DNA from: Thermoanaerobaculia bacterium
GTDB lineage: Bacteria > Acidobacteriota > Thermoanaerobaculia > Multivoradales > Multivoraceae
Direction: 5' to 3'
DNA: 64,000 nt
Assembly: GCA_963666565.1 (NCBI GenBank)
Contig: OY762911.1
Coordinates: forward strand, 3,456,001-3,520,000
Part shown: piece by piece, positions 40,557-50,248 of the stretch
How the letters are laid out: each line of letters begins with the position of its first letter
Position numbering within the stretch: the first letter of the stretch is position 1
Position numbers and translations under genes: made by a program
Notes under the pieces: model-generated
The model's database searches: none
Seen by the model: only the letters and a program-made list of their open reading frames with translations
Told to the model about the DNA's origin: nothing

Positions 40557-41786
40557 ATGGACTTTCAGGACTCACCGCAGGAAGCCGCCTTCCGCGCCGA
40601 GGCGCGCGCCTGGCTCGAAGCGAACGCCGAACCTCTGCCGCCCGGCGGCACGTCGCGGTTCGACGGCCTGCCCGAGCAGGAAGGCCTGGCCGCGATGAAG
40701 GAGTGGCAGCGGAAGAAGTACGACGACGGCTGGGCCTGCATCACCTGGCCGAAGGAACACGGCGGCCGCGGCGCCACCTTCATGGAGGGCGTGATCTGGG
40801 CCCAGGAAGAGGCGAAGTTCGACGTGCCGGAGGGCTACCTCGGCATCGGCCACGGCACCTGCGCGCCGGCGATCATGGCCCACGGCACGGAAGAGCAGAA
40901 GCGCCGCTACCTGCCCAAGCTGGCCAGCGGCGAGGAGGTCTGGTGCCAGCTCTTTTCCGAGCCGGGCGCCGGTTCGGACCTGGCCGGGCTCCGGACCCGC
41001 GCCGAGCGCGACGGCGACGAGTGGGTGGTCAACGGCCAGAAGGTCTGGAACTCGGGCGCCCACTACTCCGACTGGGGCATCCTGGTCACGCGGCACGATC
41101 CCAGCGTGCCCAAGCACAAGGGGCTGACCTTCTTCGTCGTCGACATGAAGTCGCCGGGCATCGACCCGCGGCCGATCCGCCAGATCCCGGGCACCTCGGA
41201 GTTCAACGAGGTCTTCCTCCAGAACGTCCGGATCCCCGATCACAACCGGCTCGGCGAGGTCGGGGCCGGCTGGCAGGTGGCGATCACCACGCTGATGAAC
41301 GAGCGCCACGGCCGCTACCAGATGACGCCCGACTGGAGCGACGCGCTTCGCCTCGCCGCGGAACTCGAGATCGACGGCGAACCGGCGGCGAACCAGAGTT
41401 CGGTGCGCGAGCGCATCGCCGACTGGTACGTCCAGTGCCGCGGCGTCGAGCTGACCTTCATGCGCACTCTGACCGCCATCTCGCAGGGCAAGCAGCCCGG
41501 GCCCGAGAACTCGATCTGCAAGGTGATCACCGCCAGCGCGCGCCAGGACATCGCCTCGTTCGCCGCCGACCTGCTCGATTCCGCGGGGGCGGTCAGCGGG
41601 CGCGAAGACGCCCCCTCGGCCGGCATGTTCCACTACGCCTACCTGGCCGCGCCGGGCATGAGGATCGCCGCCGGCACCGACGAGATCCTGCGCAACATCA
41701 TCGCCGAGCGCGTTCTCACCCTGCCCGGCGAAATCCGCGTCGACCGCGACCGGGCCTTCAGCGACATTCCGACCGGCGCCAACTGA
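40557..41786 (+). CDS. Acyl-CoA dehydrogenase (FadE-like)
   Basis: WCQLFSEPGAGSDLA, NGQKVW, FNEVF, GTDEILRN. Confidence 0.93.
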   Translation: MDFQDSPQEAAFRAEARAWLEANAEPLPPGGTSRFDGLPEQEGLAAMKEWQRKKYDDGWACITWPKEHGGRGATFMEGVIWAQEEAKFDVPEGYLGIGHGTCAPAIMAHGTEEQKRRYLPKLASGEEVWCQLFSEPGAGSDLAGLRTRAERDGDEWVVNGQKVWNSGAHYSDWGILVTRHDPSVPKHKGLTFFVVDMKSPGIDPRPIRQIPGTSEFNEVFLQNVRIPDHNRLGEVGAGWQVAITTLMNERHGRYQMTPDWSDALRLAAELEIDGEPAANQSSVRERIADWYVQCRGVELTFMRTLTAISQGKQPGPENSICKVITASARQDIASFAADLLDSAGAVSGREDAPSAGMFHYAYLAAPGMRIAAGTDEILRNIIAERVLTLPGEIRVDRDRAFSDIPTGAN

Positions 41787-41794
41787 TCCAGGAG

Positions 41795-41934
41795 GCGCCG
41801 GCCTGGTGGCCGGCGCGCCCTTCTCGCCGGCTCCGCCGGCAGCGGGTCGGCACCCTGGTGGCGCGGCCCCGCGCCACCAGCGTCACGGTCCGAGCGCCCG
41901 TCCGCGGGCGGTCGGACGTCAGACCCGCGCACCC
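41795..41934. repeat. Composite REP/MITE-like element, copy B
   Basis: Aligns with 38957-39095 and 42781-42852. Confidence 0.65.
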
Positions 41935-41958
41935 AACGGACGGTCGCGGTTCAGCTTG

Positions 41959-42729
41959 CTAGCCGCTCGCCTTGCGGTCGTAGAACCGCTTGTAGGAGGC
42001 GGTGCCTCCGTCGCCGCCGAACTGGATCTGGTTCAGGACGACCAACTGGCCCTTCTTGTTGACGCTGTACTCCTGGATGAAGAGCGCCTCCCCGCGTCCC
42101 CGGTTCCTGGTCACCAGCTTCGCCTTCTTCCAGAAGGCCTGGATCTCGCGCCGCTCGCCCACCTCGTACCACTCGCGGTCCGTCTTCAGGACGAGGGCCA
42201 GACCCCGGGAATCCGTGATCCGGACGCCGCCGTCCAGCATCTCGATGCTGAGCGCGTCCGCTCCGGCATTGGCGCCGCGGCCTATCCCGAGCGGACCGCC
42301 CCTACCGCCGCCCGGGCCGCCGGGGCCACCGGGACCGCCGGGGCCGGCGCCACCCGGGCCGCCTCCGGCGCCCGCGCCGGCACGACCTGCGCCGCCTCCA
42401 GCGGCACCGCCGCCGCCACTACCAGCGCCGCCCCCAACAGCGCCGCCGCCGCCACGACCGCCGCCACCGCGACCGCCGCCACCGCGACCGCTGAAACCGC
42501 CATCGCCGGCGCCGCGCGCGATTCTCATCCGCCGCAACGCCTGCCGCGGGTCGTCGCTCAACTCCTCGTTGAGGATCCACTCCCCGCCGATGTCCGCCGA
42601 CGGAGTTCCACCCCGCTGAGCCGCCTCCGCGGGCGACGCCGCCGCAGCGGACAGCAGGAGAGCCACCGCCATGGCGAACCCCCAATGCACGGTAGCCACC
42701 AGGAACGAACGAACCGACCGCTCTCTCAT
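41959..42729 (-). CDS. Secreted hypothetical protein with Gly-rich insert
   Basis: Signal peptide. GEWILNEELSDDP, long GGG/GGP tract, C-terminal beta strands ending RFYDR. Confidence 0.75.
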   Translation of the reverse strand: MRERSVRSFLVATVHWGFAMAVALLLSAAAASPAEAAQRGGTPSADIGGEWILNEELSDDPRQALRRMRIARGAGDGGFSGRGGGGRGGGGRGGGGAVGGGAGSGGGGAAGGGAGRAGAGAGGGPGGAGPGGPGGPGGPGGGRGGPLGIGRGANAGADALSIEMLDGGVRITDSRGLALVLKTDREWYEVGERREIQAFWKKAKLVTRNRGRGEALFIQEYSVNKKGQLVVLNQIQFGGDGGTASYKRFYDRKASG

Positions 42730-42780
42730 CGCGACGCCCTCCCTTGTCCTTCAGCACTCCATCGAATTCGGCGCCCAGCG

Positions 42781-42852
42781 GCGCCGGCCCGACGGCCGGC
42801 GCCGCTTTCTGGCCGCCTCCGGCGGCAAGCGGGTCGGAAGACCCGCGCACCC
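42781..42852. repeat. REP-like element, short copy
   Basis: GCGGGTCGGAAGACCCGCGCACCC at 42829-42852 is the exact reverse complement of the 47962 repeat core. Confidence 0.75.
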
Positions 42853-43107
42853 AGCGCACCGCCAGTTCCAGCTTAGCGCCTGGATCCCACTCGGCCTGCA
42901 ACCGCGAGGAGCCGTCCAGTCCGGTTCGGCGACCGGGGAGAGGGTCCCAGCGGGCTGGAGGCAAGCGATTCTCGATGACGTCCCCTGAGCCCACGCCGGC
43001 GTGAAGCGCAGGCGACCGAAGCGAGCGCTGACGCCCCTTCCACCAGGAGAGCGCGAGCGGCCGCTGGTACCCTCTCCCCGGTCGCCGAACCGGACGGGTG
43101 TCACCGA

Positions 43108-44478
43108 CTAGCTCGCGACCTCGCTTTCGCTGCCGGGGAACAGCAGCCGCGCCATCCGGGTCTGGGAGCGGTGGACGAAGAGGATGACCTGGTCGTCGGG
43201 GCGGAGCATGTTGCTGCGCTCGGGCATGAACACGCGGTCGCCGCGAACGACGGCGCCCACGATCAGGCCACGCGGCGCCTGGAGGTCGGCCAGCGTCGCG
43301 CCGGCGGCCGGGCTCGCCTCGTGGATCACCCGCTGGACGACCTGCACGGCGCCGTCCGCTAGCGTGACGAGGTTCGCCTTGTAGCCGTTGGCGACGAAGT
43401 TGCGCACGTGGTCGATCGCCAGCGAATGGGGCGAGACGAGCTCCACCTCGCCGACCCGCTTCCAGAGCCGGCTGGTCGTGTGGTGAATCAGCGCCACCAC
43501 CCGGCGCACGCCGAGTTCCTGCGCGATCAGGCCGGCGACGACGTTGCTGTCGTCGTGGCTGGTGGCGGCGATCAGCACCTCGGCCCGGCCGAGGCCCTCG
43601 CTCTCCATCGTCGCCGCGTCGATCGGATCGCCGTGCAGCACCTCGACGTCGGGGAACGACTGCGCGAAGAACTCGGCCCGGCGCCGGTCGCGCTCGATCC
43701 AGCGGAGGCGCTTCACTTCGCTCCGCAGCGCCCTGACGACCGAGACCGCCGCCGGACTGCCGCCGGCGATCGCCACCGTGTGGGGATGCTCGATGCGGGA
43801 CGCGAACAGCTCTTCCACCTCGTGGGTCGACTTGGTGCGGCACAGCACCATCGCCAGGTCGCCCGGCGCCGCCCGCAGGTCGGGACCCGGAATCGACAGT
43901 TCGTGCTCCCCGTCGAAGTACCCGACGATCCGCGCGTCCTCCGGCAGCGGCAGTTCGCTGAGCGGGAGGCGGGCCACCGTGCTGTCCGCCTGTACCTGGA
44001 TCGTCCGCAGCTCGAAACGGCCCCGCGCGAGGTAGTCGACCTCGTGGGTGTGGTGGCCGAGCACGATGTTGAGGATCGCGTTCGTCGCCAGGCTCTGCGG
44101 CGAGAGGAGCAGGTCGGCCCCGAACAGCCGCTCGTAGGAACGGCGGTAGACCGTCAGGTCCTCCGACGTGTCGATCCGCACGACGCACCGCTTGGCGCCG
44201 AGGCTCCGCGCGATGACCGACGCCACCAGGTTCGCCTCCTCCGAGGAGGACGCGGCGATGAAGAGTTCCGCCCGGTCGACGTTCGCCCGCTCCAGCACCG
44301 CCTGATGGGCGCCGTTGCCGACGACGAAGGCCGCGTCGAGTTCCTCCTCGATCCGCTCGCTCCTGGCCGGGTCGACGTCGATCAGCGTGAGGCTTCGGCC
44401 TTCCCGGCCGAAGGCCTCGGCGATATGGAAGCCCATGTCGCCGATGCCCATCACGCAGAAGTGGCCGTTCGCGCTCAC
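43108..44478 (-). CDS. trkA: Trk potassium uptake NAD-binding subunit
   Basis: Two RCK_N/RCK_C pairs: MGIGDMG, VGNGA, SEEANL and IAGGS, DDSNV. Confidence 0.88.
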   Translation of the reverse strand: MSANGHFCVMGIGDMGFHIAEAFGREGRSLTLIDVDPARSERIEEELDAAFVVGNGAHQAVLERANVDRAELFIAASSSEEANLVASVIARSLGAKRCVVRIDTSEDLTVYRRSYERLFGADLLLSPQSLATNAILNIVLGHHTHEVDYLARGRFELRTIQVQADSTVARLPLSELPLPEDARIVGYFDGEHELSIPGPDLRAAPGDLAMVLCRTKSTHEVEELFASRIEHPHTVAIAGGSPAAVSVVRALRSEVKRLRWIERDRRRAEFFAQSFPDVEVLHGDPIDAATMESEGLGRAEVLIAATSHDDSNVVAGLIAQELGVRRVVALIHHTTSRLWKRVGEVELVSPHSLAIDHVRNFVANGYKANLVTLADGAVQVVQRVIHEASPAAGATLADLQAPRGLIVGAVVRGDRVFMPERSNMLRPDDQVILFVHRSQTRMARLLFPGSESEVAS

Positions 44479-44660
44479 CGCCTTCCGAGCATAAGCCACG
44501 CCCGGATGGCGCGACCCCCGGCCCACGCGCGAACCGTTCCGTCGCCATCCGGGAAGCGCACGGACGACCGCAACCGACCCTCGGGCGGCGCGTGCGCGCG
44601 TCTGCTACGGTTGCCGCTTCCGCCCGCGACAGGGCCGTCCGCGGCGCCGGGCCGAACACG

Positions 44661-45080
44661 ATGGCCGAACTGAAGACGAAGCTGAACGACGCCAGCGTCG
44701 AGGGATTCCTGGCCGCCGTCGAGAACGACCGCCGCCGCCAGGACAGCTTCGCCGTCCTCGAACTGATGAAGCGCGTGACCGGCGAAGAACCGAAGATGTG
44801 GGGTTCCTCGATCGTCGGCTTCGGCAGCTACCGCTACCGCTACGCCAGCGGCCGCGAGGGCGACTGGCCGCGCACGGGATTCTCGCCGCGCAAGCAGAGC
44901 CTGACGATCTACGTCATGCCCGGGTTCTCGCGGTACGACGACCTGCTGGCCCGGCTCGGCAAGCACCGGACCGGCAAGTCGTGCCTCTACGTCAACAAGC
45001 TTGCCGACGTCGACATGGACGTGCTGGAAGAACTGGTTCGCGGTTCGCTCGACACGATGCGGGAAAGGTACCCGGACTAG
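44661..45080 (+). CDS. DUF1801 (YdhG-like) protein
   Basis: MWGSSIVGFGSY.Y.YASGREG, GFSPRK, GKSCLY. Confidence 0.88.
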   Translation: MAELKTKLNDASVEGFLAAVENDRRRQDSFAVLELMKRVTGEEPKMWGSSIVGFGSYRYRYASGREGDWPRTGFSPRKQSLTIYVMPGFSRYDDLLARLGKHRTGKSCLYVNKLADVDMDVLEELVRGSLDTMRERYPD

Positions 45081-45102
45081 CGCCCGGACCGGAGGAAACG
45101 CA

Positions 45103-45900
45103 ATGAGCTACGAACGGATCCTGCTCGAACAGGACGGCCCTCTCGCCACGATCACGCTGAACCACCCGGAGGTGCTGAACGCGACGGACGCCCGGATGGT
45201 CGGCGAGCTCAGCGACGCCGTGCTGCGCATCCGCGATCCGGAGAGCGGCGTGCGCGCGCTCCTGCTCACCGGCGCCGGCCGCGCCTTCTGCTCGGGCGCC
45301 AACCTGTCGGGGCGCGGCAACCGGCCGGAAGGGGCGGTGAACCCGACGGCCCGCGAGAACCTGCGCAACAACTACCACCCTCTGCTGCTCTCGCTCCGCG
45401 ATCTGGACATGCCCATCGTCACCGCGGTCAACGGCGCGGCGGCCGGCGTCGGCATGAGCTTCGCCCTGATCGGCGACCTGGTCTGCGCGTCGAAGCAGGC
45501 CTTCTTCCTGCAGGCGTTCGCGCGCATCGGACTGGTGCCCGACGGCGGCGCCACCTTCATGCTGCCCCGCCTGATCGGCTGGGGCCGCGCGGTCGAACTC
45601 TCCATGCTGGCCGAACGTCTGCCGGCCGACAAGGCCTTCGAGTGGGGCCTGATCAACCGCCTCTACGACGACAACGAGTCCCTGATGGAGGGCGCCAGCG
45701 AGCTTGCCCACCGCCTGGCCAACGGACCCCGTTCCCTGGCGATGATCCGCAAGGCCTACTGGGCGACCTGGCAGAACGTGTACGAGCAGCAACTCGACCT
45801 GGAGGCGAGGCTGCAGGCCGAGGCGGGCGCCACCGAGGACTCGCGCGAAGGAGTCCTCGCCTTCCTCGAGAAGCGGCCGGCGCAGTTCAAGGGCCGCTGA
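45103..45900 (+). CDS. Enoyl-CoA hydratase/isomerase (PaaG-like)
   Basis: GRAFCSGANL, AVNGAAAGVG, IGLVPDGG, EGVLAFLEKR. Confidence 0.9.
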   Translation: MSYERILLEQDGPLATITLNHPEVLNATDARMVGELSDAVLRIRDPESGVRALLLTGAGRAFCSGANLSGRGNRPEGAVNPTARENLRNNYHPLLLSLRDLDMPIVTAVNGAAAGVGMSFALIGDLVCASKQAFFLQAFARIGLVPDGGATFMLPRLIGWGRAVELSMLAERLPADKAFEWGLINRLYDDNESLMEGASELAHRLANGPRSLAMIRKAYWATWQNVYEQQLDLEARLQAEAGATEDSREGVLAFLEKRPAQFKGR

Positions 45901-45962
45901 GCCGCCGCCGCCCTCACCGGCGAACCGCTCGACTTTCACCCGAACCCGAGGAGATCTCCACC

Positions 45963-47948
45963 ATGCCGGCGAGACGCCGTCCCCGTTCGATTTCCCGCGC
46001 CGCGGCCGCGGCGCTCGCCCTTCTGGCCTGCTCCGCCGCCGGCGCCCAGGAGGCGATCGAGTGGCGCCACTACGCCGCCGACCGCGCCAGCACGAAGTAC
46101 TCGCCGGCGGCGCAGATCGACGCTTCGAACGTCTCCGATCTCGAGGTCGCCTGGCGCTGGGTCACGCCCGACGGGCGGGTCGAGGCCAGGACGCTGTCCG
46201 GCGACATGAAGGGCACGCCGCTGATGGTGAACGGCACGCTGTACGCCGTCTCGGCCATGAACCTGGTGAGCGCCGTCGCCCCCGAGACCGGCGAGGAGCT
46301 CTGGACCTACGATCCGAAGGCCTACGAGCGCGGCATCCCGACCCACGGCGGCTTCACCCAGCGCGGCATCGAGTTCTGGGAGCACCGAGGCATGCAGCGG
46401 ATCGTGCTGGTGACCGGCACCCACCAGCTCGTGTCCCTGGACGCGAGAACCGGCAAGCCAGACCTCGAGTTCGGCGAAGCCGGGACGGTGGACATGCGCG
46501 GCGACATCGGCCGGCCGGACCAGATGCGCGACACCGGCGCGAACTCGCCCGGCATCGTCTGCGGCGACACCGTCCTCATGGGCATGACGATCATGGACTT
46601 CGCCCTGACCAACGAGATGCCGGCCGGCCACATCCGCGGCTACGACATCCGCACCGGCCGGAAGAAGTGGGTGTTCCACACCGTGCCCCAGGACGGCGAA
46701 CCCGGCGCGGAGACCTGGCACGACGAGTCCTGGCGCTACTCGGGCAACAGCAACGTCTGGTCGTGGATGAGCTGCGACGACGAGACGGGCTGGGTCTACT
46801 TCGGCACCGGCACGCCGACCAGCGACTACTACGGCGGCCACCGCCACGGCGACAACCTCTACGCCGAGAGCCTGGTCGCCATCGACACCGCGACCGGCGA
46901 GAAGAAGTGGCACTTCCAGGCGGTGCGGCACGGCCTGTGGGACTACGACTTTCCCTGCGCGCCGATCCTGCTCGACATCGAGGTCGACGGCGAGCGCATC
47001 GAGGCGGTGGCCCAGGTCAGCAAGCAGGCGTTCACCTACGTCTTCGACCGCAAGACCGGCGAGCCGGTATGGCCGATCGAGGAGCGGAAGGTGCCCGAGA
47101 GCTCGGTCCCCGGGGAATGGACCGCGGACCGGCAGCCCTTCCCCAGCAAGCCACCGCCCTTCGACCGCCAGGGCGTGCGCGAGAGCGACCTGATCGACTT
47201 CACGACGGAGCTCAAGGCGAAGGCGGTCGAGATCTACCGCGAGGGCTTCCTGGGCGGCCCGCTGTTCACGCCGCCGATCGTCAGGGGCGCCAACGGCAAG
47301 CAGGGGATGGCGCAACTGCCCGGCCAGGCCGGAGGCGCGAACTGGGGCGGCGCCGCGGTGGACCCGGAGACCGGCGTCCTGTTCGTGCCATCGCAGACTC
47401 GCCTGGGCACGATGGCGTTGACGCCGCCAAGCGAACGGCAGCCTTCCGACCGCGACTACCTGCCGGCGTTCACGTTCCCCGCCGGCCCGGAGGGCCTGCC
47501 GCTGGTCAAGCCGCCCTGGACCCGGCTCACCGCGATCGACCTGAACCGGGGCGAGATCCTCTGGCAGACGCCGGTGGGCGACGGCCCGCGGGAGCATCCC
47601 GCCCTGGCGGACCTCGACCTCGGCCCGCTCGGCGCCTGGCCGCTGGCCGGCCTGACTCCCGGCTGGCCGATGGCGACCGCCACGCTCGTGTTCGTCGTCA
47701 CCAGCGAGCAGGTGCCCGGCACGTACCAGGAGGGCGCCGCCGGCTTCACCTCCAGCGGACCGTCGACCGGTTTCCTCTACGCCTTCGACAAGGCGACCGG
47801 CGAGGAGGTCTGGCGCACCGAACTGCCCGACACGCCCGGCGGCGGCCCGATGACCTACGTCGTCGGCGGCCGCCAGTTCATCGTCGTTCCCGTCGGCAAC
47901 CGCGGCCAGGAGCACTCCCTGATCGCGTACGCGCTGCCGACTGGATAG
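45963..47948 (+). CDS. PQQ-dependent (glucose/quinate-type) dehydrogenase
   Basis: Signal peptide. WHFQAVRHGLWDYD, GGANWGG, PMTY..GGRQFIV, PQQ beta-propeller W repeats. Confidence 0.9.
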   Translation: MPARRRPRSISRAAAAALALLACSAAGAQEAIEWRHYAADRASTKYSPAAQIDASNVSDLEVAWRWVTPDGRVEARTLSGDMKGTPLMVNGTLYAVSAMNLVSAVAPETGEELWTYDPKAYERGIPTHGGFTQRGIEFWEHRGMQRIVLVTGTHQLVSLDARTGKPDLEFGEAGTVDMRGDIGRPDQMRDTGANSPGIVCGDTVLMGMTIMDFALTNEMPAGHIRGYDIRTGRKKWVFHTVPQDGEPGAETWHDESWRYSGNSNVWSWMSCDDETGWVYFGTGTPTSDYYGGHRHGDNLYAESLVAIDTATGEKKWHFQAVRHGLWDYDFPCAPILLDIEVDGERIEAVAQVSKQAFTYVFDRKTGEPVWPIEERKVPESSVPGEWTADRQPFPSKPPPFDRQGVRESDLIDFTTELKAKAVEIYREGFLGGPLFTPPIVRGANGKQGMAQLPGQAGGANWGGAAVDPETGVLFVPSQTRLGTMALTPPSERQPSDRDYLPAFTFPAGPEGLPLVKPPWTRLTAIDLNRGEILWQTPVGDGPREHPALADLDLGPLGAWPLAGLTPGWPMATATLVFVVTSEQVPGTYQEGAAGFTSSGPSTGFLYAFDKATGEEVWRTELPDTPGGGPMTYVVGGRQFIVVPVGNRGQEHSLIAYALPTG

Positions 47949-47961
47949 ACGCCCGCCGCCC

Positions 47962-48090
47962 GGGTGCGCGGGTCTTCCGGCCCGCCTGGGTGCGCGGGTC
48001 TTCCGACCCGCCTGGGTGCGCGGGTCTTCCGACCCGCCTGGGTGCGCGGGTCTTCCGACCCGCCTGGGTGCGCGGGTCTTCTGACCCGCA
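47962..48090. repeat. Five tandem 26-bp palindromic REP-like units GGGTGCGCGGGTCTTCCGACCCGCCT between convergent genes
   Basis: Units start at 47962, 47988, 48014, 48040 and 48066. Stem GCGGGTC/GACCCGC with TTCC loop. No spacers. Confidence 0.92.
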
Positions 48091-48103
48091 CTCCGCCTGT
48101 GCC

Positions 48104-48784
48104 TCAGCGCCGCTTCGACAGGCGAGCGTCCGGCGGATCCGCGATCCACTCCGCGCCCTGTTCCCAGGCGTCGTCGAAAACCGTGTCCCGGATAGGCAGC
48201 CGGCGCAGCGGACCGTGACGTCCCAGCGGCTTGCCGATCGTGATCGTGAGCGACAGCTCGACGTTCTCCGGAATCTCCAGAATCTCCCTCAGCTCGCCGG
48301 CCACCGCATGGTGCCAGCCGCTGTAGCAGGCGCCGTAGCCCAGCGCCCGCGCCATCAGGAACAGGTTCTGGCACGCCGGGAAAACGGACGCGCCTTCCGA
48401 GTGGGTCAGCGCCCGGTAGCGGACGTAGCAGGCGATGACGACCGCCGGGATCCGCTCGAAGTGGTCCACGTAGTGCTGAATCGCCCGGCTGACCCGCGCC
48501 TTCGGCGAGTTCGGGTCGGCGGCCGAACCGCGATTCCAGCCCTCCTCCTCCGTCTTCCGCGCCCAGCCGCGACGAAAGGACTCGCCCAGCAGCCGGCGAG
48601 CGCGCCGCGCCCGCGGTCCGTCCCGCAGGACGATGAAGCGGAAGGGCTGACGGTTCGTGCCGGACGGCGCCCGGCTCGCGGCATAGAGGATCTTCGCCAG
48701 GTCCTCGTCCGGGATCGGATCGTGGCTGTAGCGCCGCACGGAACGGGCGGTGGAAAGCAGTTCGAGGAAGTCGTCGGCGTCCAT
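48104..48784 (-). CDS. Nitroreductase family protein
   Basis: RSVRRY, APSGTNRQP, ACQNLFLMARALG. Confidence 0.9.
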   Translation of the reverse strand: MDADDFLELLSTARSVRRYSHDPIPDEDLAKILYAASRAPSGTNRQPFRFIVLRDGPRARRARRLLGESFRRGWARKTEEEGWNRGSAADPNSPKARVSRAIQHYVDHFERIPAVVIACYVRYRALTHSEGASVFPACQNLFLMARALGYGACYSGWHHAVAGELREILEIPENVELSLTITIGKPLGRHGPLRRLPIRDTVFDDAWEQGAEWIADPPDARLSKRR

Positions 48785-48905
48785 GGGTCGTACGATCCCC
48801 CACCCGCGACGGCCGCGTCAAGGGATAGGATCGGCCGCGTTCTACTCCCCTCCCACATGAAGCGCCGGCCCGCGGCCGCGGCGACCGGCGCCGAGGTAGC
48901 AGACG

Positions 48906-50237
48906 ATGCAGAGACTCGCCCTTCGATTCCTTCCCCTCGCCCTGCTTCTGATCGCCTCCGCGGCGTCGGCCCAGCGCAGCCAACTGGAACTGCAGGTGGT
49001 CGACATGGCCGGCGCCGAGCTGGGACCGGTAAACGTCACGGTCTTCGCGCCCACGGGCGAGATCGTCGTGCAGGACGCCACCCGCAAGAACGGCCGCCTG
49101 CGGATCCGGCTGGCGCCGGCGGAAGCGCCGTACAGACTGCTGCTGCAGAAGGAGGGTTACCCGGACCGTGAACTCGAGGTCGAGATCCTCGACGGGGGCC
49201 GGGACCGATCGCTTACGGCTCAGCTCTGGGACGAAGCGGCCGCCCGCCAGCAGCAGGCGGTCGACGCCTTCAACGAGGGTATCGGGAAGATCCAGGCCGG
49301 CGACGCCGCCGGCGCCCTGCCGCTCTTCGAGAAGGCCGTGGAGATCGATCCGACGATCGCCGCCGCCCATCGGACGATCGCGGCCATCCTGCACAACCTC
49401 GGGAGACTCGACGAGGCGCTGGCGCCAGCCGGCCGGTATCTCGAACTGGAAGCGATGCCGCCCGAGCTCGCGTCCATGTTCTTCGACATCTTCGCGGCGG
49501 CCGACGACCCCCGCGCCGAGGAAGCGAAGCAGGCGGCGATCGAGGCCGGCATGGGCGCCGAACTCGCTCCCGGCCTGTTCTCCCAGGGCGTCCAGGCGGT
49601 GCGGGCCGGCGACGACGAGCGCGCGATCGAACTCTTCCGCGAGGCGACGACGCTCAACCCGCGGCTCCACCAGGCCTACCGGAACATCGGCACGATCCTC
49701 TTCAACGACGGAAAGTACGAGGAAGCCCTGGTGGAGCTCGACAAGACGCTGGAAATCGAACCGCGGGCCTCGGAGGCGCTGCGGATGAGGTACTTTTCCT
49801 TCGCCTCGCTCGGCCGCCTCGAAGACTCCATCGAAGCGGGCAAGGCCTGGCTCGCGGTCGAACCCACCGCCGGCAGGCAGGTGCAGTTCCAGGCCCAGCA
49901 GCTCTTCGACCAGGAAGCGTTCGGCAACGCGAAGCTCTACGACCAGTCGCTCATCGCCTGGGACGACAACCACCCGCGCGCCCACTTCCGGCTCGGCGTG
50001 ATCTACCGCCGCAGCGCCGACTCCGGCCCTGCGAAGGTACACCTGACGACGTATCTGGAATCCGCGCCGGACGGCGAGGACGTCGAGGACCTGGCAAGAG
50101 CGCACTACGAACTCGGCATGCTCGCGGTCAACGCAAGCGACGCGGCCGCCGCCCGCGAGCACCTGAGCAAGTCGCTCGAAATGGCGCCGGAGGGCGAGTT
50201 CGCGGACGTGGCCCGCGCTGCGCTCGATCAGTTGTAG
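48906..50237 (+). CDS. Secreted TPR-repeat protein with N-terminal carboxypeptidase-regulatory-like Ig domain
   Basis: Signal peptide, beta-rich N-domain (KEGY) and multiple TPR motifs (KAVEIDP, TLNP, LEIEP). Confidence 0.82.
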   Translation: MQRLALRFLPLALLLIASAASAQRSQLELQVVDMAGAELGPVNVTVFAPTGEIVVQDATRKNGRLRIRLAPAEAPYRLLLQKEGYPDRELEVEILDGGRDRSLTAQLWDEAAARQQQAVDAFNEGIGKIQAGDAAGALPLFEKAVEIDPTIAAAHRTIAAILHNLGRLDEALAPAGRYLELEAMPPELASMFFDIFAAADDPRAEEAKQAAIEAGMGAELAPGLFSQGVQAVRAGDDERAIELFREATTLNPRLHQAYRNIGTILFNDGKYEEALVELDKTLEIEPRASEALRMRYFSFASLGRLEDSIEAGKAWLAVEPTAGRQVQFQAQQLFDQEAFGNAKLYDQSLIAWDDNHPRAHFRLGVIYRRSADSGPAKVHLTTYLESAPDGEDVEDLARAHYELGMLAVNASDAAAAREHLSKSLEMAPEGEFADVARAALDQL

Positions 50238-50248
50238 CGCGCGCCGAC

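Noticed and set aside
42290-42500. GGC/CCG-rich low-complexity tract as a DNA repeat element
   Set aside because: Explained by the Gly-rich insert of the secreted protein at 41959-42729.
47962-48090. Possible CRISPR array
   Set aside because: Units are directly head-to-tail with no unique spacers and there are no cas genes in the window; treated as a REP-like tandem repeat.
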